From the NCBI GenBank assembly GCA_016716965.1, contig JADJUP010000026.1, positions 56,604-120,603 on the forward strand: a stretch of 64,000 nucleotides of DNA, written 5' to 3'. This DNA is from Sulfuritalea sp. (GTDB lineage: Bacteria; Pseudomonadota; Gammaproteobacteria; Burkholderiales; Rhodocyclaceae). The translations under genes and the position numbers were made by a program. Of this stretch, positions 10,829-20,962 are shown piece after piece (positions within the stretch are counted from its first letter, which is position 1; every line of letters starts with the position of its first letter). The notes beneath the pieces were generated by a model that saw only the letters and a program-made list of their open reading frames with translations, made no database searches and was not told the DNA's origin.

Positions 10829-12180
10829 TGGCAAAGCGCAAGGCCCGCGCGCCCACGGTCGGGTTCGTCTCGCTCGGCTGCCCCAAGGCGGCCTCGGACG
10901 CCGAGCAGATTCTTACCCGCCTGCGCGCCGAGGGCTATGCGATTTCCGGCAGCTATGACGGTGCCGACCTCGTGGTGGTCAACACCTGCGGCTTCATCGA
11001 CGCCGCGGTCGAGGAATCGCTCGACGCCATCGGCGAGGCGCTCGCGGAGAACGGCAAGGTCATCGTCACCGGCTGCCTCGGCGCCAAGAAGGACGCCGCC
11101 GGCAACGACATCGTCAGGAGCGTGCATCCGAAGGTGCTGGCCGTCACCGGCCCGCATGCCACGCAGGAGGTCATGGAGGCGGTGCATGCGCACCTGCCGC
11201 CCGCGCACGACCCCTTCATCGACCTGGTGCCGCCGCAGGGCATACGGCTCACGCCCGACCACTATGCCTACCTGAAGATTTCCGAGGGCTGCAACCACCG
11301 CTGCAGCTTCTGCATCATCCCCTCGCTGCGCGGCGACCTGGTGTCGCGGCCGATCGGCGAGGTGCTGCGCGAAGCCGAGGTGCTGGCCGAGGCTGGGGTC
11401 AAGGAATTGCTGGTGATCTCGCAGGACACCAGCGCCTATGGCGTCGACGTCAAATACCGCACCGGCTTCCACGGCGGCCGTCCGGTCAAGACGCGGCTCC
11501 TCGAACTGTGCCGCGAACTCGGCAAGCTCGGACTCTGGGTGCGCCTGCATTACGTCTATCCCTATCCCAGCGTCGACGACCTGATCCCGCTGATGGCCGA
11601 GGGGAAAATCCTGCCCTACCTCGACGTGCCCTTCCAGCACGCCAGCGCGCGCATCCTCAAGCTGATGAAGCGCCCGGCGTCCGCCGAGAAGGTGCTCGAC
11701 CGCATCGCCGCCTGGCGCCGCGAAGTGCCGGACCTGGCGATCCGCTCCACCTTCATCACCGGCTTTCCCGGCGAGACCGAAGCCGAGTTCAATGAACTGC
11801 TCGACTTCCTCGACGAGGCACAGCTCGATCGCGTCGGCGCCTTTTCCTATTCGCCGGTCGAGGGCGCCGGCGCCAATGCGCTGCCCGGCGCCTTGCCCGA
11901 CGAGATCCGCGAAGAGCGAAAGGCGCGCCTGTTGCGCCACCAGGAAGACATTTCCACCCAACGCCTGGAGCGCCTGATCGGGCGCCGCATCCAGGTGCTG
12001 GTCGACGAGATCGACGAGGACGGCGCCATCGCCCGCTCGCAGGGGGATGCGCCGGACGTCGACGGCCTGGTCCATATCGCCGACGGACATGACCTGGAGG
12101 TCGGCGAGTTCGCCGAGGTGACCGTGGTCGATTGCGACGTACACGATCTCTACGCCACCCGCGCCGAAGCGGAGGGCTGA
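10828..12180 (+). CDS. rimO: Ribosomal protein S12 methylthiotransferase RimO
   Basis: FVSLGCPKA, radical [12 protein letters not shown]-terminal TRAM domain (DAPDVDG). Confidence 0.95.
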   Translation: MAKRKARAPTVGFVSLGCPKAASDAEQILTRLRAEGYAISGSYDGADLVVVNTCGFIDAAVEESLDAIGEALAENGKVIVTGCLGAKKDAAGNDIVRSVHPKVLAVTGPHATQEVMEAVHAHLPPAHDPFIDLVPPQGIRLTPDHYAYLKISEGCNHRCSFCIIPSLRGDLVSRPIGEVLREAEVLAEAGVKELLVISQDTSAYGVDVKYRTGFHGGRPVKTRLLELCRELGKLGLWVRLHYVYPYPSVDDLIPLMAEGKILPYLDVPFQHASARILKLMKRPASAEKVLDRIAAWRREVPDLAIRSTFITGFPGETEAEFNELLDFLDEAQLDRVGAFSYSPVEGAGANALPGALPDEIREERKARLLRHQEDISTQRLERLIGRRIQVLVDEIDEDGAIARSQGDAPDVDGLVHIADGHDLEVGEFAEVTVVDCDVHDLYATRAEAEG

Positions 12181-12183
12181 GCG

Positions 12184-13089
12184 GTGACGGGCTCGAAGCC
12201 AAAGCTGGGCCTGGTTCTTGGCAGCGGCTCGGCGCGCGGCTGGGCCCATATCGGCGTCATCCGCGCGCTGACCGAGGCAGGCTATGCGCCGGACATGGTG
12301 GCCGGCTGCTCCGTCGGTGCCTTCGTCGGCGCCGCCCATGCCAATGGCGATCTCGACAATCTCCAGCACTGGGTCGAGTCGCTTACCTGGAAAAAGGTAC
12401 TCGGGCTGCTCGACGTCAGTTTCTCGGGAGGCTTGATCAAGGGCGAGAAGCTGATCGAATTCTTCCAGCGCAATTTTGTGGACCATGAGTTCGCCAAACT
12501 GGCGATGCCCTTTGCCTGCGTCGCCACGGATCTCGCGACGGGGCGCGAAATCTGGTTGCGCGAAGGCTCCGTGGCTGCGGCGGTGCGCGCCTCGATCGCC
12601 GTGCCCGGACTGTTTACCCCGGTGGTGCGCGAGGGACGGCTGCTGGTCGATGGCGGGCTGGTCAATCCGGTACCGGTGTCGCTGTGCCGGGCGATGGGCG
12701 CGGACATCGTGATCGCGGTGGATCTGGGCTCGGACCGGATGGGTGGAAGCCTGCGGCAGCCGGCCAATGACGTCGAGGCGGGGGAATCCGCCGGGGAGGA
12801 CGGCGAGCTCGGTTGGGCGGCTCGCCTGCGCAAGGCATTCAGCCGCCAGCGGCCGGGCAATGGCGAACTGTTGCCTTCGATGGCCGGTGTGCTGACGACC
12901 AGCATCCATGTGATGCAGATGCGCATCGCGCGAAGCCGGCTGGCCGGCGAACCTGCCGACGTGATGCTGGCGCCGCGCCTGGGCCACCTGGCCCTGATGG
13001 ATTACCATCGCGGCAGCGAAGCCATCGCCGAGGGGCGCGCCGCGGTGTTGCGCATGCTGCCCGCACTGGAACACGCACTGTCCGCATGA
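12184..13089 (+). CDS. Patatin-like phospholipase (RssA/NTE family)
   Basis: GSGSARG, GCSVG nucleophile elbow, DGG. Confidence 0.88.
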   Translation: MTGSKPKLGLVLGSGSARGWAHIGVIRALTEAGYAPDMVAGCSVGAFVGAAHANGDLDNLQHWVESLTWKKVLGLLDVSFSGGLIKGEKLIEFFQRNFVDHEFAKLAMPFACVATDLATGREIWLREGSVAAAVRASIAVPGLFTPVVREGRLLVDGGLVNPVPVSLCRAMGADIVIAVDLGSDRMGGSLRQPANDVEAGESAGEDGELGWAARLRKAFSRQRPGNGELLPSMAGVLTTSIHVMQMRIARSRLAGEPADVMLAPRLGHLALMDYHRGSEAIAEGRAAVLRMLPALEHALSA

Positions 13090-14480
13090 ATGCCTTGATC
13101 ACTGAATTGCGCCGCGTGCTGGGCGTGCGCCATGTACTCACCTCGGCCGACGACGTCGCGCCGTATTGCACCGACTGGCGCGGCCGCTACAGCGGCACCG
13201 CGTTGTGCGTCGCCGTCCCCGGCAGCACGGAGGAGGTTGCCGCGACGGTGAGCGCCTGCGTCGCGGCCGGCGCCGCCGTGGTGCCGCAGGGTGGGAATAC
13301 CGGGCTGTGCGGCGGGGCCACGCCGGTCGGTGGCGAGGTGGTGCTGAGCTTGCGCCGCCTGAATCGCATTCGCGGCGTCGATGCCGACAACAACTCGATC
13401 ACGGTCGAGGCCGGTTGCACCCTGCATGCGGTCCAGGAGGCCGCCGCCATGGCCAATCGGCTGTTTCCGCTGTCGCTTGCGGCCGAGGGCAGCGCGACGA
13501 TAGGCGGCAACCTATCGACCAATGCCGGCGGCGTACAGGTGCTGCGCTACGGCAACGCGCGCGAACTGACGCTCGGACTGGAGGTCGTGCTTGCCGACGG
13601 CCGTGTCTGGAACGGCCTGCGCGCACTGCGCAAAGACAATACCGGCTACGACCTCAAGCACCTGTTCATCGGTGCCGAGGGCACATTGGGCCTGATCACG
13701 GCGGCAACCCTGAAGCTCTTTCCGCGGCCGCGCGCGCAGGCCACGGCCTGGGCGGCCGTTCCCGATCCCGCGGCCGCTGTGGGTTTGCTCGGGCGCCTGC
13801 GCGAGGTGGCGGGCGACAACGTCACCGCCTTCGAAATCGTCGGTCGCCCGGCGCTGGATCTGGTGCTCAGGCACATTCCCAATGCCCGTGACCCCTTGCC
13901 GGGAAAACCCGAATGGCAGGTCCTTGTCGAGCTTTCCGGTACGCAGGCCGATCTCGCGGGAACCCTGGAAGCGGCGCTCCAGGATGCGGCCGAAGACGGG
14001 TTGGTGGCCGATGCCGCGATCGCCGCCAGCGAGGCGCAGGCGACGGCATTGTGGGCCCTGCGGGAAAATGTCTCGGAAGCTCAGAAGATCGAGGGCGTCT
14101 CGATCAAGCACGACATCGCCGTACCCGTTTCACGCATCGCCGAATTCATCTCGCGCGCCGATGCCGCGCTGCAGGCGACGTTTCCGCAAGTGCGCATCGT
14201 CTGTTTCGGCCACATCGGCGACGGCAACCTGCACTACAACCAGTCCCGCGCCGATGTCCAGTCGAATGCCGAATTCATCGCGCAGACTGAGTCGGTGAAC
14301 CGCGTCGTGCATGACCTGGTGCATCAACTGGGCGGCTCGATCTCCGCGGAACACGGCCTGGGACAGCTCAAGCGCGAGGAAGTCCTGCGCTACAAGAGCG
14401 GGACCGAAATGGACCTGATGCGGATGGTCAAGCAGGCGCTGGATCCGCGAGGCCTGATGAACCCCGGCAAGCTCATTTAG
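13086..14480 (+). CDS. FAD-linked oxidase (D-2-hydroxyglutarate/D-lactate dehydrogenase family)
   Basis: PQGGNTGLCGG, LRKDNTGYDLKHLFIGAEGTLG, FGHIGDGNLHYN, SAEHGLG; ATGA overlap with the patatin stop. Confidence 0.9.
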   Translation: MNALITELRRVLGVRHVLTSADDVAPYCTDWRGRYSGTALCVAVPGSTEEVAATVSACVAAGAAVVPQGGNTGLCGGATPVGGEVVLSLRRLNRIRGVDADNNSITVEAGCTLHAVQEAAAMANRLFPLSLAAEGSATIGGNLSTNAGGVQVLRYGNARELTLGLEVVLADGRVWNGLRALRKDNTGYDLKHLFIGAEGTLGLITAATLKLFPRPRAQATAWAAVPDPAAAVGLLGRLREVAGDNVTAFEIVGRPALDLVLRHIPNARDPLPGKPEWQVLVELSGTQADLAGTLEAALQDAAEDGLVADAAIAASEAQATALWALRENVSEAQKIEGVSIKHDIAVPVSRIAEFISRADAALQATFPQVRIVCFGHIGDGNLHYNQSRADVQSNAEFIAQTESVNRVVHDLVHQLGGSISAEHGLGQLKREEVLRYKSGTEMDLMRMVKQALDPRGLMNPGKLI

Positions 14481-14496
14481 AAGATCGCTATAGGGC

Positions 14497-14525
14497 TTTA
14501 CACGAGCCCCCCGCCTCCCTATAAT
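14497..14525 (+). promoter_or_regulatory. Sigma70 promoter of the tRNA pair
   Basis: TTTACA, 17 bp, TATAAT, followed by a GC-rich discriminator GCGCGC. Confidence 0.8.
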
Positions 14526-14539
14526 GCGCGCTCTCTTGT

Positions 14540-14615
<76 letters not shown>

Positions 14616-14623
14616 AACGATAA

Positions 14624-14699
14624 GTCCCTATCGTCTAGAGGCCTAGGACAATACCCTTTCACGGTATGAACCGGGGTTCGAATCCCCGTGGGGACGCCA
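14624..14699 (+). tRNA. tRNA-Glu(TTC)
   Basis: 76 nt GTCCCTATCGTCTAGAGGCCTAGGAC...ATACC-CT-TTC-AC-GGTAT...GGTTCGAATCC...GCCA. Confidence 0.97.
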
Positions 14700-14712
14700 G
14701 CAACAGGAAACG

Positions 14713-14748
14713 CGCCCGATTCCGCAAGGAGTCGGGCGTTTTTCTTTT
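14713..14748 (+). terminator. Rho-independent terminator after the tRNAs
   Basis: CGCCCGATTCC-GCAA-GGAGTCGGGCG followed by TTTTTCTTTT. Confidence 0.85.
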
Positions 14749-14825
14749 GGTGTCCTGCCCGGAGGGCCGGACCGCATCCGGAGGACGGCTAGAATCGCGA
14801 CACTATCCGTTTGTCCCCAATTGCC

Positions 14826-15260
14826 ATGGCCCGCATCAAGCTCCAGTTTCCCGACGACCAGTTCTGCTATTCCACCGAGCTCACGGTGCGCATTACCGAC
14901 ATCAACGGCGCCAACCATCTCGGCAACGACTCGATGATCTCGATGATCTCCGAGGCGCGGGCGCGTTTCCTGTTCGACTTCGGCGTCGAAGAAAGTGCCG
15001 ACGACCAGATCATCGTCACCGACCTGGCCACGACCTACCTCGCCGAGGCCTACGCGCGCGACGAACTGCGCTTCGAGATCGGCGTCGCGGATTTCAACAA
15101 GTACGGCGGCGACATCATTTTCCGCGTTACGCGGCCGGCCGACGCGACGCTGATCGCGATGGCGAAGTCCGGCTTCGTCTTCTTCGATTACGCGGCCAAA
15201 AAGGTCGTTTCGATGCCGGAGTCCTTTGCCGTCCGTTTTCCGAAGGTGAACCGGCTGTAG
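14826..15260 (+). CDS. Hotdog-fold thioesterase-like protein
   Basis: VRITDINGANHLGNDS, a 4HBT-like motif. Confidence 0.8.
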   Translation: MARIKLQFPDDQFCYSTELTVRITDINGANHLGNDSMISMISEARARFLFDFGVEESADDQIIVTDLATTYLAEAYARDELRFEIGVADFNKYGGDIIFRVTRPADATLIAMAKSGFVFFDYAAKKVVSMPESFAVRFPKVNRL

Positions 15261-15343
15261 GAAAATTGAAGAAATCCTTGGTCGTGGCGTTGGCCAAGGA
15301 AGCCGGCTTCGATTCGAACAAGTGAAGAAGGTGGAGAGTCCCC

Positions 15344-16195
15344 ATGATTGACCTCGATCACCTGCGCGGCTGGATCGGCCGCAGCGAAACCCTGGACGAC
15401 ACGGTGACCGCGTCGAAAGTGGCAGCGCTGGCGGCTACGCTGGACCGCGACGATGCCTTTCCGGTGGCGGGCGACCCGCTGCCGCCGCCCTGGCACTGGA
15501 CGCTGTGCGTGCCGGCGGCGCGCCAGTCGGTGATCGGGCCGGACGGCCATCCGGCGCGAGGCGGGTTCCTGCCGCCGGTGCCCCTTCCCAGGCGCATGTG
15601 GGCGGGCGGCCGCCTGACCTTCCCGCAGCCGTTGCGGGTAGGCGAAGCCGTGCAGCGGCGTTCGCAGGTGATGTCGGTCGAGCACAAGAGCGGTCGATCC
15701 GGGGAACTGGTTTTCGTCCTCGTGCGCCACGAGTTCCACGGTCCGCAGGGACTCGCCATCACCGAAGAGCACGACATCGTCTATCGCGACTTGCCCAGCG
15801 CCGTGTCGCCAGCGCCGACTTTTGCGCCAGCCCCTGCAACGCAGGCCTGGGAACGCCAAATCGTTCCCGACGACGTGCTGCTGTTCCGCTATTCCGCGCT
15901 GACCTTCAACGGCCATCGCATCCACTACGACCGCCGCTACGTCACCGAAGTCGAGGGCTATCCGGGCCTGATCGTGCATGGCCCGCTGATCGCGACAATG
16001 CTGGTCGACCTGCTGCGGCGCAACCTGCCCGATGCCGTGATCGCCGCCATCGAGTTCCGCGCCGTCAAGCCGGTATTCGACATTGCGCCCTTCCACGTCT
16101 GCGGCCAGCCGCAGGACGACGGCAAGACCGTCAGGTTGTGGGCGCGTGACGCCGAAGGACATCTGACGATGGACATGACAGTCACGCTCGCCTGA
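15344..16195 (+). CDS. Double-hotdog MaoC-type hydratase (itaconyl-CoA/mesaconyl-C4-CoA hydratase Ich/Meh-like)
   Basis: RRMWAGG, FRYSALTFNGHRIHYD, GLIVHGPL. Confidence 0.85.
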   Translation: MIDLDHLRGWIGRSETLDDTVTASKVAALAATLDRDDAFPVAGDPLPPPWHWTLCVPAARQSVIGPDGHPARGGFLPPVPLPRRMWAGGRLTFPQPLRVGEAVQRRSQVMSVEHKSGRSGELVFVLVRHEFHGPQGLAITEEHDIVYRDLPSAVSPAPTFAPAPATQAWERQIVPDDVLLFRYSALTFNGHRIHYDRRYVTEVEGYPGLIVHGPLIATMLVDLLRRNLPDAVIAAIEFRAVKPVFDIAPFHVCGQPQDDGKTVRLWARDAEGHLTMDMTVTLA

Positions 16196-16225
16196 ATCAC
16201 AACCCCCGACGCCAAGAGAACCTTC

Positions 16226-17386
16226 ATGCAAACGGCACACGACGCCTACCAGGACATCCGCGATGCGGTGCGCGATTTGTGCGCGCAGTATCCGGCCGAA
16301 TACTTCCGCAAGGTCGATGAAGAGCGCGGCTATCCCGAAGCCTTCGTCGATGCGCTGACGAAGGCCGGCTGGATGGCGGCGCTGATCCCGCAGGAATACG
16401 GCGGATCGGGCCTCGGCTTGACCGAGGCCTCGGTGATCATGGAAGAAATCAACCGCTGCGGCGGCAACTCGGGCGCCTGCCACGGCCAGATGTACAACAT
16501 GGGTACGCTGCTGCGCCACGGCTCGGAGGCGCAGAAGCAGCGCTACCTGCCGCAGATCGCCGCCGGCGAGTTGCGCCTGCAGTCGATGGGCGTGACCGAG
16601 CCGACCACCGGCACCGACACCACCAGGATCAAGACCACGGCGGTGAAGCGGGGCGACCGCTACGTGGTGAACGGGCAGAAGGTGTGGATCTCGCGCATCC
16701 AGCATTCCGACCTGATGATCCTGCTGGCGCGCACCACGCCGCTGGCCGAGGTGAAGAAGAAATCCGAGGGCATGTCGGTCTTCATCGTCGACCTGCGCGA
16801 CGCGATCGGCCACGGCATGACGGTGCGTCCGATCCCGAACATGGTCAACCACGAGACCAACGAGCTGTTCTTCGACAACCTCGAAATCCCCGCCGGGAAC
16901 CTGATCGGCGAGGAGGGCAGGGGCTTCAAGTACATCCTCGACGGGCTCAATGCCGAACGCACCCTGATTGCCGCCGAGTGCATCGGCGACGGCTATTGGT
17001 TTGTCGACAAGGTCAGTGCCTACGTCAAGGAGCGCATCGTCTTTGGCCGCCCGATCGGCCAGAACCAGGGCGTGCAGTTCCCCATCGCCGAGTCCTACAT
17101 CGAGGTCGAGGCCGCCAACCTGATGCGCTGGGAGGCCTGCCGCCTGTACGACGCGCACCAGCCCTGCGGCGCCCAGGCCAACATGGCCAAGTACCTCGCC
17201 GCCAAAGCCTCCTGGGAAGCGGCCAATGCCTGCATCCAGTTCCACGGCGGCTTCGGCTTCGCCTGCGAATACGACGTCGAGCGCAAATTCCGCGAGACGC
17301 GGCTTTACCAGGTGGCGCCGATCTCGACCAACTTGATCCTTTCGCACGTGGCCGAGCACGTCCTGGGCTTGCCCAGGTCGTTCTGA
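16226..17386 (+). CDS. Acyl-CoA dehydrogenase (methylsuccinyl-CoA dehydrogenase candidate)
   Basis: GVTEPTTGTD, NGQKVWIS, FGRPIGQNQGVQF, HGGFGFACEYDVERKFRE. Confidence 0.9.
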   Translation: MQTAHDAYQDIRDAVRDLCAQYPAEYFRKVDEERGYPEAFVDALTKAGWMAALIPQEYGGSGLGLTEASVIMEEINRCGGNSGACHGQMYNMGTLLRHGSEAQKQRYLPQIAAGELRLQSMGVTEPTTGTDTTRIKTTAVKRGDRYVVNGQKVWISRIQHSDLMILLARTTPLAEVKKKSEGMSVFIVDLRDAIGHGMTVRPIPNMVNHETNELFFDNLEIPAGNLIGEEGRGFKYILDGLNAERTLIAAECIGDGYWFVDKVSAYVKERIVFGRPIGQNQGVQFPIAESYIEVEAANLMRWEACRLYDAHQPCGAQANMAKYLAAKASWEAANACIQFHGGFGFACEYDVERKFRETRLYQVAPISTNLILSHVAEHVLGLPRSF

Positions 17387-17396
17387 AGAGGCGAAT

Positions 17397-18587
17397 ATGA
17401 CCATGGCACAACGTCCTCTCGACGGCATCACCGTCGTTTCGCTGGAACACGCGATCGCCGCGCCATTCTGTACCCGCCAACTGGCCGACCTCGGCGCGCG
17501 CGTGATCAAGGTCGAACGTCCCGGCGTCGGCGACTTCGCCCGCGGCTATGACGACCGCGTGCATGGCCTGGCCTCCCACTTCGTGTGGACCAACCGCTCC
17601 AAGGAAAGCCTGACGCTCGACGTCAAGCATGCCGAGGCCGACACCGTGTTCGCCCGCCTGCTGGAGCAGGCCGACGTCCTGGTGCAGAACCTCGCGCCCG
17701 GCGCCGCCGCGCGCCTCGGCCTGTCCTTCGAGGCGCTGCACGAGAAATACCCGCGCCTCATCGTCTGCGACATTTCCGGCTACGGCGATTCCGGCCCCTA
17801 TCGCGACAAGAAGGCCTACGACCTGCTGATCCAGAGCGAATCGGGCTTCCTCTCGATCACCGGCACGCCCGACGAGCCGGCCAAGGCCGGCTGCTCGATC
17901 GCCGACATCTCCGCCGGCATGTATGCCTACAGCAACATCCTGGCCGCCCTGATCCAGCGCAGCAAGACGGGAAAGGGCTCGCGCGTGGAGGTTTCGATGC
18001 TGGAAGCCATGGCCGAGTGGATGAGCTATCCGCTGTATTACTCGATCGACGGCGCGGCGCCGCCGCCGCGCTCGGGAGCGGCGCACGCCACGATTTATCC
18101 CTACGGCCCCTTCACCGCCGGCGATGGCAAGGTCGTGATGCTCGGACTGCAGAACGAGCGCGAGTGGGCGATCTTCTGCGACAAGGTGCTGCTCCGGCCG
18201 GAACTCGCAGGCGATGCACGCTATGCCTCGAACCTGAAGCGCACCGCCGCCCGGCACGAGGTCAAGGAACTGGTCGAGCTGGCCTTCGCCGGCCTCGACG
18301 CGGCGCAGGTCGAAGCGCGCCTCGAAGCGGCCGGCATCGCCAATGCGCGCGTCAATGACATGCACGACCTCTGGCAGCATGAGCAGTTGCAGGCGCGCGG
18401 CCGCTGGGTCGAAGTCGACAGTCCGGCCGGCAAGCTGCCGGCGCTGCTGCCGCCCGGGCTGCCGAGCGACGTAGCCCCGCGCATGGATGCCGTCCCCGCG
18501 CTGGGCCAGCATACCGCTTCCATCCTCGCCGGTCTGGGCTATGCCCCCGCCGATATTGAACGCCTGCGCACCGAGCGCGCCATCTAG
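17397..18587 (+). CDS. Class III CoA-transferase (CaiB/BaiF; itaconate CoA-transferase candidate)
   Basis: LEHAIAAPFCTRQLADLGARVIKVERP, YDLLIQSESG. Confidence 0.88.
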   Translation: MTMAQRPLDGITVVSLEHAIAAPFCTRQLADLGARVIKVERPGVGDFARGYDDRVHGLASHFVWTNRSKESLTLDVKHAEADTVFARLLEQADVLVQNLAPGAAARLGLSFEALHEKYPRLIVCDISGYGDSGPYRDKKAYDLLIQSESGFLSITGTPDEPAKAGCSIADISAGMYAYSNILAALIQRSKTGKGSRVEVSMLEAMAEWMSYPLYYSIDGAAPPPRSGAAHATIYPYGPFTAGDGKVVMLGLQNEREWAIFCDKVLLRPELAGDARYASNLKRTAARHEVKELVELAFAGLDAAQVEARLEAAGIANARVNDMHDLWQHEQLQARGRWVEVDSPAGKLPALLPPGLPSDVAPRMDAVPALGQHTASILAGLGYAPADIERLRTERAI

Positions 18588-18598
18588 GAAATCAGAAC

Positions 18599-19993
18599 AT
18601 GACCGACCACCCAAGCCGCACGCTCGCCACCTTTGCCGCCGGCCTTCAGGCCGCGTCCATTCCCGCCGCCGTCCTGCGCCGCACCGAAGACCTGTTCCTC
18701 GACTGGGCCGCATCGGCACTCGCCGGCAAGGGCGCGGAGCCGGTCGAGATCATCGAGCGCTTCGCCCGCGCCATGGGCCCGACTATGGACGCAAATGAGG
18801 GCATGGCCGAGGTGCTGATTTCCCGCCGGCACACTTCGCCGCTGTTCGCCGCCATGGTCAATGCCGCCGCCTCGCACGTGGTCGAGCAGGACGACGTGCA
18901 TAACGGTTCGGTATTCCATCCGGCTACCGTCGTATTCCCCCCGGCGCTGGCCGTCGCCCAGGCGCTGGGCAAATCGGGGCGCGACCTGCTGGTGGCCTGC
19001 GTCGCCGGTTACGAGGTCGGCATCCGCGTCGGCGAGTACCTCGGCCGCTCGCACTACCGCGTGTTCCACACCACCGGCACGGCAGGCACGCTGGCCGCCG
19101 CCGCTGCGGTCGGCAGGCTGCTGGAGCTGAACCCCGAGCAGATGCTGCACGCCTTCGGCTCGGCCGGCACCCAGTCGGCGGGACTCTGGGAGTTCCTGCG
19201 CGACGCGGCGAACTCCAAGCAGTTGCACACCGCGCATGCCGCCGCGGCCGGCCTGACCGCGGCCTATCTCGCCAGGGACGGCTTCACCGGCGCGCAGCAC
19301 ATCCTCGAAGGCCCGCAGGGGCTGGCGGCCGGCACCTCGAGCGACGCCGATCCGGCACGCCTGGTCGATGGACTCGGCACGCGCTGGACGGTGGCCGAGA
19401 CCTCGTTCAAGTTCCACGCGTCGTGCCGCCACAACCATCCGGCGGCGGATGCCCTGCTCAAGGCGATGCAGGATCACCGTATCGCCAGCGCCGACATTTC
19501 GGAGGTCACGGCGCACGTGCATCAGGCGGCGATCGACGTGCTCGGTCCGGTCACCGATCCGCAGACCGTGCATCAGGCCAAATTCTCGATGGGCACGGTG
19601 TTGGGCCTGATCGCCACGCAGGGCCGCGCGGGGCTCGCCGAGTTCGATGCCTGCCTCGAAGATGCCGCCGTGCGTGAGTTCGCCGCGCGCGTGCGCATGG
19701 AACTCGATGCCGAGGTCGACGGCGCCTACCCGGCGCGCTGGATCGGCAAGGTCACGGTGACGACGCGCGATGGCCGCAAGATCGCGGCCCGGGTCGACGA
19801 GCCCAAGGGCGACCCGGGCAATACGCTGTCGCGTGCCGAACTGGAAGACAAGGCGCTGCGCCTGGGCGCGTATCGTGGCGGCGCCAGTGATGCCGAGTTG
19901 CGGCGCATCATCGACACGGTCTGGGGCCTGGAGTCGGTGCCCGTCGTCGGCGATCTGCTGCCTGCGGCCGACGCCATGCGAGCAGCCGCATGA
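18599..19993 (+). CDS. MmgE/PrpD family protein
   Basis: EQDDVHNGSVFHPATVVFP, GYEVG, SFKFHASCRHNH. Confidence 0.9.
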   Translation: MTDHPSRTLATFAAGLQAASIPAAVLRRTEDLFLDWAASALAGKGAEPVEIIERFARAMGPTMDANEGMAEVLISRRHTSPLFAAMVNAAASHVVEQDDVHNGSVFHPATVVFPPALAVAQALGKSGRDLLVACVAGYEVGIRVGEYLGRSHYRVFHTTGTAGTLAAAAAVGRLLELNPEQMLHAFGSAGTQSAGLWEFLRDAANSKQLHTAHAAAAGLTAAYLARDGFTGAQHILEGPQGLAAGTSSDADPARLVDGLGTRWTVAETSFKFHASCRHNHPAADALLKAMQDHRIASADISEVTAHVHQAAIDVLGPVTDPQTVHQAKFSMGTVLGLIATQGRAGLAEFDACLEDAAVREFAARVRMELDAEVDGAYPARWIGKVTVTTRDGRKIAARVDEPKGDPGNTLSRAELEDKALRLGAYRGGASDAELRRIIDTVWGLESVPVVGDLLPAADAMRAAA

Positions 19994-20796
19994 AGCCGCT
20001 GAACTCCCTGCTTTTCGTGCCGGCGAGCCGGCCCGAGCGCATCGCCAAGGCACTCAATGCCGGCGCCGACGCGGTGATCGTCGACCTGGAAGATGCTGTC
20101 GCGCCGGGCGAAAAGGATGCCGCGCGCGCGGCGCTGGCGGCCGCGCTCGATGCCGCGCACCCGGTCATGGTCCGCATCAACGCCGCCGATACGCCGTGGT
20201 TTCCGGCCGACCTGGAGCTGTTGGCGCATTCGGGCATCGCCGCCGTGGTGCTGCCCAAGGCGGAACACGCAGAGGATGTCGCAGTAGTCCATCATGCGGC
20301 CGGCGGCAAGTCGGTATTGCCCCTGATCGAGTCCGCGCACGGCTTCGAACAGCGCCAGGCGCTGGCCCATGCCGAAGGGGTGCAGCGCTTGATCTTCGGC
20401 CATATCGATTTCCAGGCCGACATGGGCATGCGCGCCACCGAGGATGAACTGCTGCCATTCCGCGTCGCCCTCGTACTGGCCTCGCGGCTGGCCGACATCT
20501 TGCCTCCCATCGACGGAGTGACCACCGCGCTCGACGATGCCGATCTGTTGCGCAGCGATGCCTTGCGCGCGCGCCGCCTCGGCTTCGGCGGCAAGCTCTG
20601 CATCCATCCGCGCCAGGTTGCCGTGGTCAAGCAATGTTTCGCGCCCGATGCCGACGAAATCGCCTGGGCCAGGCGCGTGATCGCCGCCGATGCGGCGGCG
20701 GGAGGTGCCGCCTTGGCAGTCGACGGCAAGATGGTGGATAAGCCGGTGGTGTTGCGCGCTCAGGCCATTCTCGCCGAAGCCCTCGCGAGGGACTGA
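19990..20796 (+). CDS. CitE/HpcH-family CoA ester lyase ((S)-citramalyl-CoA lyase candidate)
   Basis: SLLFVPASRPER, DLEDAV, LPLIESA, GFGGKLCIHPRQV. Confidence 0.88.
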   Translation: MKPLNSLLFVPASRPERIAKALNAGADAVIVDLEDAVAPGEKDAARAALAAALDAAHPVMVRINAADTPWFPADLELLAHSGIAAVVLPKAEHAEDVAVVHHAAGGKSVLPLIESAHGFEQRQALAHAEGVQRLIFGHIDFQADMGMRATEDELLPFRVALVLASRLADILPPIDGVTTALDDADLLRSDALRARRLGFGGKLCIHPRQVAVVKQCFAPDADEIAWARRVIAADAAAGGAALAVDGKMVDKPVVLRAQAILAEALARD

Positions 20797-20962
20797 TGGG
20801 TGCCGGTCCGCCGGTGGCCTGCCCGCTGGCAGTGCCGGACGGGATCACCCGCGAAATCCCGGACTGTCGTATGCTGCACGCCTTTTGCAGACCACGCGAC
20901 GTCATTGATGGTCGTCAACACAACGGGACCGGCGAGGTGATTCAACTCGTCGCACATCAGAC

